From assembly GCA_902461565.1 (NCBI GenBank), contig CABPYL010000004.1:7792-71791 (forward strand): a stretch of 64,000 bases of DNA, given 5' to 3'. The translations under genes were made by a program, and so were the position numbers. The DNA is from an uncultured Porphyromonadaceae bacterium. Its GTDB lineage: Bacteria > Bacteroidota > Bacteroidia > Bacteroidales > Muribaculaceae. Shown in pieces: positions 19,501 to 26,684 of this stretch. The first letter of the stretch is position 1, and each line of letters begins with the position of its first letter. The notes under the pieces are model-generated. The model was given only the letters and a program-made list of their open reading frames with translations, was not told the origin of the DNA and did no database searches.

Positions 19501-21177
19501 AATTTTGAGAATGCCGACGCGCACGAGCGGCTCGATAATCTTGTCCAGCACGTTCTCCTTCGATACGTATATGTTCGGGTCTTCGGCTACGGCGTCGGCG
19601 GCGAAATCGTCTATTGAAACCGTGCCTTCGGCGGCAATGCGCAGAGCAAGGTTTTCAAGAAGCCATTCGGCCCTGTAAATCTTGTTTGGTCCTTTTGGGG
19701 AATTGTTCTTTATGCGGTCTTTGTCATTCTCTCGCTTGCATACTTCATCCACAAAGGCCGAGATAAGACCGCCGCGGTTGCGGAATCTGAAATCGCTGTT
19801 GTCGCCTGTTATGGTGTCGATAAGTATTTTCAGGTTCAGAGGACAGCTCAGCAGACTGAAAATGCGGTCGTTGTTGAAGAACATGTCCAGCATATGGTGG
19901 CTTTTTTCCTCGTCGAAATTCAGTTTTCCGACGAATTCTCTGATGGTCTCGCTGCTTATGTCCTGAACCTGAAAAATGCGAGGCTTTCCATACTCGTCTA
20001 TCGTACGTTTAACAGAAGCATATTCATATATTCGACCTGTCATTATTAGGCGTCCAGTCGAATTTTGCATTACGTCCTTGAGGAATTTATCGACGTTTAC
20101 GTCGGGGTGGAATTCGTTGATGCCGTCTATGGCAATGGCAACGCGACCTTCGTCCAACATCTTTTTGGCTGTGAATTTATCCAGACCCTTGGCGGCGGCC
20201 GAGGAGAGCAGAGTATCGATAAAATTTTGGTCTTTTTCCACGTCCGAAGCACATATCAACACAGGTACCATCTCACCTTCGCCCGAGGCGAAAGCATTGC
20301 TTATCCCCAGGAGATAACTGTTGAGCAGGGTGGTCTTGCCGGCGCCCGGTACTCCCAGTATAATGTATTTGCCATCGGGAGCATTCTTCAGAACGCCAAG
20401 TGCCTCCTCCGGATTCTCCTTTCCTTCCAATTCCTTTATCATTAAAGGAATTGGGCTTACTTTGGCGTCTTCGCCATGCAGCACGTTATTTTCCAGATAG
20501 GAAGCGTAGGACTGCCGGCATCGCCTTACATAATCCTTTATTATTTCATCCTCGTTGACAGGCCCCGTCCCTGCGGGCGCTTTCTTTTCAGCAAGATATT
20601 TGTTCAATGGGTCAATCGCCCGGGAAACGATATGGAGCAATGATGCGAAGAAGATTGCCGCGATACTATCTTTTTGTTTGATAATATCAGATGCTGATTC
20701 ATTGCCATGACGGAGATTATTTCCGATAATGCGTAAAGTCTCGAAAGTCTCGGACGCTGTGGCACCGATAAGGTTGTATCTGGTTTTTGCTGTATCGGTA
20801 ACATTTCTTAATCCCCTTGTCCGATCCATTTCACTGCGCGCCGAAACATCAATTATGCCTATGATATTCTTTATATATGTCTCGAAAGGCACAATAGTAC
20901 CCTTAAGAGTACTTTCGGCGAGGCTGTTGTTAGACCATTGAGTTATAAATTCGGCTAAATTCTGAAAATTTGTATCGTGTATTATCAGTTGCAGCAGTAA
21001 CTCTCCGGCAGCTTTATATTGCTCCGGATCAGCGAAAAGAGTATTTAAGTGGATTCTTGTCTTTGTTACGGTATCGTCATTTCGCGATATATAGGTAATT
21101 GGTATTTCAAAATCGAGTTTGAATTCGAATATGTCATTAAGTGCATTGGATAATGCTTCAGGTGTCATGGTATCCAT
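16534..21177 (-). CDS. NACHT/STAND NTPase with N-terminal HEPN-like (DUF4145-type) domain and a long uncharacterised C-terminus
   Basis: Walker A IILGVPGAGKTT (GVPGAGKT at aa 275-282), Walker B IAIDGINE (DGINE at aa 351-355), LIMTGR, CPLNLKIL, FKLDTFREYFLA; N-terminal FETYIK...LRIIGNNLRH. Confidence 0.8.
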   Translation of the reverse strand: MDTMTPEALSNALNDIFEFKLDFEIPITYISRNDDTVTKTRIHLNTLFADPEQYKAAGELLLQLIIHDTNFQNLAEFITQWSNNSLAESTLKGTIVPFETYIKNIIGIIDVSARSEMDRTRGLRNVTDTAKTRYNLIGATASETFETLRIIGNNLRHGNESASDIIKQKDSIAAIFFASLLHIVSRAIDPLNKYLAEKKAPAGTGPVNEDEIIKDYVRRCRQSYASYLENNVLHGEDAKVSPIPLMIKELEGKENPEEALGVLKNAPDGKYIILGVPGAGKTTLLNSYLLGISNAFASGEGEMVPVLICASDVEKDQNFIDTLLSSAAAKGLDKFTAKKMLDEGRVAIAIDGINEFHPDVNVDKFLKDVMQNSTGRLIMTGRIYEYASVKRTIDEYGKPRIFQVQDISSETIREFVGKLNFDEEKSHHMLDMFFNNDRIFSLLSCPLNLKILIDTITGDNSDFRFRNRGGLISAFVDEVCKRENDKDRIKNNSPKGPNKIYRAEWLLENLALRIAAEGTVSIDDFAADAVAEDPNIYVSKENVLDKIIEPLVRVGILKITNDTDIQFKLDTFREYFLARIYAASFSASLKRQDLRGRRITELPSINDNNNNETFRLMLELMETDSACSLAEKLYADRCGERIPVELKPEMFIGKANYALAWICDLVRTLDAADMPSAERPDAKTLCSNWVVNTLKILLQQKKDAAPKVYDIITQAGASLCTERVIRFMTGDRWIDKMLELGLAQDWASIIAARASDARLVYRILSKILPNYRYKDHKIGAVLRDLHRKLLYGMNTLQLELLHRDIARRIAEFEDKSQSVPAEIYADYYLTALLTTNINLIKAVPAIYVRRAAPAMKHGDYDRLLGAIAAADNKSDALVFFAHRTEKYEADISLLIYVIKYLAGHHNEEFAAALLHEDSFIQIIYSESVLREICAQLPIRLIPIAIADRLYESSLLKIALKSADENNFSRNLKRTVDDVYATVVNDNLYFDIAAAKAQPDIRKCNAKILSIDGKNTLSIVCATLAKPNAYVGTKAVLSIGTASTLEGTVEKCEAFSGDYFEMVFGFRGIPVGNLCGRLDWVNSELQRKGWLEYSMCVCESNTLMLRFTNAGAMNQLNKKEVREALASPLTVFRIKDKLHIPLRSIRYPKIQNGTRISIRLDKPLPINDKSLLCIEKIMMTDADGNNMPLFQQNYVEGSNKSTQRHSLFFFRDRDSCDAKMLFSQKNVRHVCPGLWISAAGCNYHALVKNDAEIYGNVLECADFELSCREIPPCGSFSVDKADLTIKYVVRENDSNGKYRLFLLTDKASAEKFSDIANRYPKLIFSDGSNGILQHAPETTDHGGGILIELSLRGANDDVLGKWTATPVVDFNVLRSVLNECKVRNTIYTSTAIPYLRRKDGKIEIPVPVNAKYLNGIRVYVNDRSRKSLPCTIHPLGSINTFAKTIDVQLRNPAGIAPKIDRDRGFLFIEKGSWLEYRNILNVVQFDSGRLYHPDMVRPVIEAMIQNDDTEIDETRMKFFRDSMSEPLLMLYDVTRAQLLKYKADEQNG

Positions 21178-21203
21178 TTAGGGCGTGTAGATTGATTATT
21201 GTG

Positions 21204-21211
21204 CAAAGATA
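21204..21211 (-). promoter_or_regulatory. -7 promoter box (TATCTTTG) for the NACHT operon
   Basis: Consensus TAnnTTTG 26 nt upstream of the ATG at 21177, in the short gap after dtd. Confidence 0.55.
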
Positions 21212-21231
21212 GCTATTGTTAGCAGATTATG

Positions 21232-21684
21232 CTATTCGCGCAGGCGGGAATCGATTATTATTGTTACCGGGCCGTCGTTGACGAGCTCTACCTGCATGTC
21301 GGCGCCGAAAACTCCGGTAGGCACTGGGCGCCCCAGGCGCTGATGCACCATTTCGGTATACGCTTCGTAGAGTTGCGTGGCAAGTTCGTGTCCGGCAGCT
21401 CGTATGTAGCTCGGACGGTTGCCTTTACGGGTCGAGGCTGTGAGAGTGAACTGGCTGATGGACAGCACATCCCCGCCGGCGTCGGCAACCGAGCGGTTCA
21501 TGACGCCATTCTCATCATCAAAAATTCGCAGGACTACCGTTTTGTCGGCAAGCCATCTGGCATCGTCGGGCGTGTCGCCGTTTTCTACGCCCACAAGCAC
21601 CATAAGGCCGTGGCCGATGCTGCCGTGGACTTCGCCTGCGATGCTTACCGACGCGCGTTTCACACGCTGTATCACTATTCTCAT
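21232..21684 (-). CDS. dtd: D-aminoacyl-tRNA deacylase
   Basis: MRIVIQRV, SQFTL, KGNRPSY, GVFGADMQVELVNDGPVT; true start at 21684; TATATTTG -7 box at 21712-21719. Confidence 0.97.
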   Translation of the reverse strand: MRIVIQRVKRASVSIAGEVHGSIGHGLMVLVGVENGDTPDDARWLADKTVVLRIFDDENGVMNRSVADAGGDVLSISQFTLTASTRKGNRPSYIRAAGHELATQLYEAYTEMVHQRLGRPVPTGVFGADMQVELVNDGPVTIIIDSRLRE

Positions 21685-21764
21685 ATCATTTCGTTTTGTC
21701 TGGTTTTTATGCAAATATAGTGAACTCCGGCGAAAAATAATAGAACCATGCCGAAAAACACAAA

Positions 21765-21792
21765 GCCCCGACAGTTTCGGCACTGTCGGGGC
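21765..21792 (-). terminator. Rho-independent terminator of the susC-GH125 operon
   Basis: GCCCCGACAGT-ttcggc-ACTGTCGGGGC perfect 11-bp stem followed by TTTGTGTTTTT on the minus strand. Confidence 0.8.
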
Positions 21793-21813
21793 GTGGATTC
21801 AGCGTAGTATGGT

Positions 21814-23307
21814 TTATCGGCTGGTGGCCATATCGGTTGTGTTGCCTGCTGTGATAGAGTTGAGCAGGTCGATTTTGCCGTCTTCCACAAGCTTCACAAT
21901 CAGTTCGCCGAACAAGGTGTTCTGCCATGCGAACCACGGGCGGGTGAATTTGTTTGCGTCGTCCACATTGAACGATTCGTGTATAAAGCCGGTTTCGGCA
22001 TCGGTATTCAGGAGCATTGTGATGCAGTCGCGGATTTCGTTGTCGTCGGTGGATGTGAACGCCTTCATCATTATGCTCATTGGCCATGCCATATCGTAGC
22101 CTATATGAGGGCCGCCTATGCCTTCTCCTGCATTACCTCTGAAGAAGTAGGGATTGCTTTCGCTCCATACAAAGCGGCGGGTGTTTAGGTACACGGGATC
22201 GTCGATGTCCACATCGCCGAGGTAGGGCATTGCAAGCAGGCTTGGCACATTGGCGTCGTCCATAAGGTGTTTGTTGCCGAATCCGTCTACCTCGAAGGCG
22301 TAGATGGGCCCGAATTCGGGATGATTGTAAACGGCGTGCTGTTTCAGTGCATCGGCAACCTCGTTGGCGAGAGTGTTACATTTGGTAGCCAATTCCTTAT
22401 TGCCATTTACGGTCTCGAGAATCTCGGCAGCCTTGCGCAGCGATGTAACAGCGAAGAAATTCGACGGAATAAGATACTGGAAAGTTGTGGCGTCGTCGCT
22501 TGGGCGGAAGCACGAAACTATAAGACCGCAGCCGCTCACCGGAGCGCCCCAGCCGTCGTTGTTGAGGGTATCGAGGGCACGGTCGGTCTTGCGGCGGAAG
22601 CGGTAGGGGCCTTTGTCGCCGTTTTTGCGTTGCTGTGCGATGAACGTATTGTAGATATTGTTTATCGCGGCAAGCCATTCGCCGTCGAAAACCGAGTTGT
22701 CGCCTGTCTTTTTCCAGTACGCGTATGCCAGTCGGATAGGGTAGCAGAACGAGTCGATTTCCCATTTGCGTTCGTGCACGTCGGGAATCATGTCGGTGAA
22801 GTCGCTCATCCATTCGCCTCCTGTGGGGCCGTCGTTGAAAGCATTGGCGTAAGGATCGAGGTTGATGCACTTGAACTGGCGTCGGATAACGCCCTCCACC
22901 ATGTTCTTGAGTTCGGGATCGCTGTTTACAAGCTGCACGTACGGCCACACCTGTGCACCGGAGTCGCGGAGCCACATGGCGTGGATGTCGCCGGTGTATA
23001 CAAATGTATCGTTCTTGCCGTTCTCGTCTTTGCGGAAGTGGACGGTGGTGTCGACAGTGTTGGGGAAACAGTTTTCGAACATCCAAGCCAGTTTGGCATT
23101 TTTGAGCTGTTTCTTAATCTCTTTTATTTTCTTTTCCACCGCCTTCGATCTGAACAGTCTCTGCGAAGGTTCCGGGCGGTTTGTACGGGTGTAGCGGGTG
23201 CCGGCAATGGTGGTATTGTCCGGCGCACATTCCGGTGCTGCCGAGGCGATTATTGTTCCGCATCCCAGAATAGCCGAGAGTGCCGCTATATAGATTCGTT
23301 TTGTCAT
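21814..23307 (-). CDS. GH125 exo-alpha-1,6-mannosidase
   Basis: Signal peptide; MFENCFPNT, TGDIHAMWLRDS, ERKWEIDS, FRPSDDA, MDDANVPSLL, FTRPWFAWQN. Confidence 0.93.
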   Translation of the reverse strand: MTKRIYIAALSAILGCGTIIASAAPECAPDNTTIAGTRYTRTNRPEPSQRLFRSKAVEKKIKEIKKQLKNAKLAWMFENCFPNTVDTTVHFRKDENGKNDTFVYTGDIHAMWLRDSGAQVWPYVQLVNSDPELKNMVEGVIRRQFKCINLDPYANAFNDGPTGGEWMSDFTDMIPDVHERKWEIDSFCYPIRLAYAYWKKTGDNSVFDGEWLAAINNIYNTFIAQQRKNGDKGPYRFRRKTDRALDTLNNDGWGAPVSGCGLIVSCFRPSDDATTFQYLIPSNFFAVTSLRKAAEILETVNGNKELATKCNTLANEVADALKQHAVYNHPEFGPIYAFEVDGFGNKHLMDDANVPSLLAMPYLGDVDIDDPVYLNTRRFVWSESNPYFFRGNAGEGIGGPHIGYDMAWPMSIMMKAFTSTDDNEIRDCITMLLNTDAETGFIHESFNVDDANKFTRPWFAWQNTLFGELIVKLVEDGKIDLLNSITAGNTTDMATSR

Positions 23308-23352
23308 TGATATAGGTTGTCTATTGGAAATTAGTGCTGTGTAATGCCGGCA

Positions 23353-23385
23353 CGTCGGCCGACGCCATAAAGGCGGCGGCCGACG
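23353..23385 (-). other. GC-rich intra-operon stem-loop
   Basis: CGTCGGCCG-A-CGCC-ataaa-GGCG-G-CGGCCGACG, with no U-tract on the minus strand. Confidence 0.6.
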
Positions 23386-23419
23386 CGGCGGTTGTTATAA
23401 GTAGGTTTGTCATTTCGGC

Positions 23420-24472
23420 TTATTCGAAGGAGATCTGGTCCTCTTCGGGCATCTGGGTGTTGAGCTTGCGTTCCATTGCAAGTGTACCCACAACGTTGTA
23501 GGTGATTTCAGAGCCTGGTGCCGACATATAGTCGGTGAAGGTATAGTCGATGTCGTTGATAATGACAGTGCGGCGCATTATATAGCTCTGTACTTCGTCG
23601 TCCTGCTCGAGGATAGTGAATTTGGCGGCTTTGTTCTGCGAGAATTTCATGTCGGGGTTATCGCAGGAGAAGGTAACGTCGCCGCGTTTGCCGTCAGATG
23701 TTGTGGGAACGAAGGTGGCATAAATTTTGAAGTTTCTGCGCAGCTGGCTGTCCTCGTCGAAGGAGCCGGCATAGAAGAACACCGTGTTTGCGTTCACTAC
23801 ATACGTCTGCACCGTTGTCATTGCGCCCGGCTCGGTATCGGTAACGCCGCCGGAAACGATGTAGAACTTAAGGTTGCCGGCCTGGTATATGCCTGAATAA
23901 GTAGTGAACGGCAGCACGCGCAGCATGGCGGTGGCATAGTTCTTGCGTGGATTGCGTTGATAGCCGTCGCCCGGAGCTACTGTAAGGGGTAGTACATAGC
24001 GTTCGGCCAGGTCGATGCCATTGAAGTGGAAACGGACGCGCAGAAGCGATTTATTGTCACCGCCCTTGATGGCGATTGTCGTGGGTACATCGGCGTAATC
24101 CCACATGTCGTTGTACCACAGGTCGGTGCGGGTGCTGAAGCGCTCGTTGTTGAGTATGGGAAGAGTATCGGAATGGGCGATGTTGACGTTGATGTCGTAG
24201 GGGTTGTTGGTGGAACCGCTGACAAGGACCGGGAGGTCGTAGTGCGATTCGCCTTCGTTGCCGTAGAGTGGCGTGCCGTCTTCATTGCTGCGGGTAAAGG
24301 GCACGTAAACGGTGGTTACTCCCACATTGCTGCCTTCGGTGGCCAGGGGGGCTTTGAAGCTCACGTAGTGCTCGTACTGTTCATCTTCCCAGTCGTTGTT
24401 GCAGGAAGTGGTTGCAACGGCGATAGCGCTTGCAGCGAGCAGGGCCGGTATGTATAATAATGTCTTGGACAT
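23420..24472 (-). CDS. PUL surface lipoprotein (DUF4973/DUF1735-like)
   Basis: Lipobox ATTSC-NNDWEDEQY; directly downstream of susD; YVLPLTV motif. Confidence 0.8.
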   Translation of the reverse strand: MSKTLLYIPALLAASAIAVATTSCNNDWEDEQYEHYVSFKAPLATEGSNVGVTTVYVPFTRSNEDGTPLYGNEGESHYDLPVLVSGSTNNPYDINVNIAHSDTLPILNNERFSTRTDLWYNDMWDYADVPTTIAIKGGDNKSLLRVRFHFNGIDLAERYVLPLTVAPGDGYQRNPRKNYATAMLRVLPFTTYSGIYQAGNLKFYIVSGGVTDTEPGAMTTVQTYVVNANTVFFYAGSFDEDSQLRRNFKIYATFVPTTSDGKRGDVTFSCDNPDMKFSQNKAAKFTILEQDDEVQSYIMRRTVIINDIDYTFTDYMSAPGSEITYNVVGTLAMERKLNTQMPEEDQISFE

Positions 24473-24496
24473 ATTGCTGTCGGGATTATATGGTGA

Positions 24497-26671
24497 TTAA
24501 TCGAAATATTTCCATCCGGGGTTCTGTACCAGCAGACGGTTACGTTTTAGCTCGTCGAAGCTTATGGGCCAGAAATACATCTTGTCGGAGAACACGGTGG
24601 GAAGATTGTATACGGGTACGATTTTCTGGAATTCGTCCTGCTGTTTTGCTGTCATGAGCACGTTGCAGCCGTATACTGTCTTGGATTCTTCCACAGGAGC
24701 GTCCATCCAGCGGCGCAGGTCGTAGTAGCGCTTGCCTTCGGCGAGGAACTCAATCATACGCTCGCGTTTGATTTTGGCACGGAGTGCGTTCTGGTCGCCG
24801 TACTCGGCAGATGTGTAGTCGGGTATGCCGGCGCGGATGCGAACGGGACGGATACCGCGCTTGATTTCATTGATATCGCGCGATACGGTGTACACCTGCG
24901 AGCCATCCCAAGAGGGAACAGTATAGCTGCCGGATAGTTCGTTCAAGGCTTCGGCGTACATCAGCAGGATGTCGGCATAGCGGATTGCCGGTTCCCATTT
25001 CTGTTTGATGTTGTTGTAGTCTTCGCCGTTGCGGACCGAACGCCAGTCGGAAGGATTGACATATTTCTTGCATCCGATACCGGTGCGCAGGTAGTAGCAG
25101 CTGTTTGTATAACCGTTGTTCTGCACCTCGGCGTTGTCGCCGCTCCCCGATGTTGTTGTACCGCGCCAGTAGTATACCTGCATATAGTGGCTGCTCTTGT
25201 CGGGGTTTGCGTTCCACCAGTACGAACCGTTGAATGCGACCGAAGCATAGAAGCGGGGTTCGCGTTCGGCGTACTGCATCGACACGCCCTGACCTAAAGG
25301 AGGATATTTGGTGTAGGGATATTGGCCGCGGGCGTTGGTAGTCCAACCGGTACGGCGTTCCGAACCGTCGCCGCCGTTCATTTCGCTGTCTTTGCCGGGG
25401 CAGTCGGAGCCGTCTAGCATGTAGTAGGCGTCCACCATCTTCTGTGTGAGGCCGTGGCAGTTGAAGCCGAAGAGCGAGTTAGGCATCTGGTGCGATACAA
25501 AGGCGTCTATGCCGGTGTGGCGGCTTGTGCCCACGTTGTAGCCGCGGCTGAAGATAATTTCGGAGTTACCGAGGTCGGCCACACCGTTGAAGAAGTCGCG
25601 GTACGACAGGTATGGGTCGATGTCGGCATAGCCTTCCGGCCAGTTTTTTTCGGAGAAATCGCCGTCCTTGTAAGGGGTGATGGTTACGGGGTAGCCGGTG
25701 GTACGGTTGTCTACGCTGTTGATACCTACATGGAAAAGCTCGTAGTTGGAGGGGCATTCGATGACGTCGCGGCATGCTGCAGCGGCGCGTGCCCACTTGG
25801 ATTCGTCATATTCGAGACCCAGAAGAGGCTTGCCGTCGAAGTCAAGGAACGATTTTGCAAAACCGTCGCTCACGCCGGCTGGATGGTCGCCGTTGGCAAG
25901 CTGGCCGTTAGCGAGCGGGCTGGCAGCATATATATATGCAAGGGCGCGGGTTGCGAGGGCGGCGCCGCGTGTGGGGCGTGCCAGGTTCTCGGAGCTGGTG
26001 TTGCCTGTGAAACGGCTCCATGTCTGGAGTTCGTTGGCGGCCTGAACCATTTCTTCACCGATGAATTCGGCAACTTCCTCGTAAGTGCTGCGGGGAATCG
26101 AAAGTTCGCTGTAGTCGAGGGTGTAGTCGGCACCTTCGTCGGGCATGATGGGTACGGGACCGTAGCGGCGCAGCAACAGCCAGTAATAGTATGCGCGCAC
26201 GAATCGTGCCTGGCCTTTCAGGTCCAGAACCTGTTCTTTTGTGAGGGCCGTGTTCAGGTCTACGTTATGGATGAAAACGGATGCCTGATATATGCCTCGG
26301 TAGGCGCTGGTCCAGAAGTTGGAACCGTAGTTTTCGTCGTAGCTGCCCTGTTTGAAGGCATTGTATGATTCCATTGTGTTCCATTTGTTGTCGTAGCGCA
26401 CGTCGCGGTCGCCGAAGTAGTAGTCGTCCGAGAAGCAGTGCAGACCCACACCGCCGCTTTCTTTGGTGATTACATCGGCAAGGTCGGTACGCAGGTAGCC
26501 GTATGCCTGAGCAAGCCAGCCGTTTGTCTGGTTTATGTCGGAGAACACCGATTCGATGGTTCGGCGGTCGTCGAAGTACTTGTCCGAATCGAGAACGTCT
26601 TCGCATGCCGTGAGAGCGCCGCAGAGTGCCACGGCCATCACGCCGGCAGATTTGACTATATATTTTTTCAT
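24497..26671 (-). CDS. susD: SusD/RagB-family lipoprotein
   Basis: Lipobox LTAC-EDVLD; GQARFVRAYYYWLLLRRYGPVP, REPRFYA, IRYADILLMYAEA, ERMIEFLAEGKRYYDLRRW, QNPGW. Confidence 0.95.
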   Translation of the reverse strand: MKKYIVKSAGVMAVALCGALTACEDVLDSDKYFDDRRTIESVFSDINQTNGWLAQAYGYLRTDLADVITKESGGVGLHCFSDDYYFGDRDVRYDNKWNTMESYNAFKQGSYDENYGSNFWTSAYRGIYQASVFIHNVDLNTALTKEQVLDLKGQARFVRAYYYWLLLRRYGPVPIMPDEGADYTLDYSELSIPRSTYEEVAEFIGEEMVQAANELQTWSRFTGNTSSENLARPTRGAALATRALAYIYAASPLANGQLANGDHPAGVSDGFAKSFLDFDGKPLLGLEYDESKWARAAAACRDVIECPSNYELFHVGINSVDNRTTGYPVTITPYKDGDFSEKNWPEGYADIDPYLSYRDFFNGVADLGNSEIIFSRGYNVGTSRHTGIDAFVSHQMPNSLFGFNCHGLTQKMVDAYYMLDGSDCPGKDSEMNGGDGSERRTGWTTNARGQYPYTKYPPLGQGVSMQYAEREPRFYASVAFNGSYWWNANPDKSSHYMQVYYWRGTTTSGSGDNAEVQNNGYTNSCYYLRTGIGCKKYVNPSDWRSVRNGEDYNNIKQKWEPAIRYADILLMYAEALNELSGSYTVPSWDGSQVYTVSRDINEIKRGIRPVRIRAGIPDYTSAEYGDQNALRAKIKRERMIEFLAEGKRYYDLRRWMDAPVEESKTVYGCNVLMTAKQQDEFQKIVPVYNLPTVFSDKMYFWPISFDELKRNRLLVQNPGWKYFD

Positions 26672-26684
26672 GATTGGCAATTGA

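Noticed and set aside
11100..21240. Mobile element or prophage boundaries around the NACHT operon
   Set aside because: No integrase, transposase, tRNA target or flanking direct repeats found by eye
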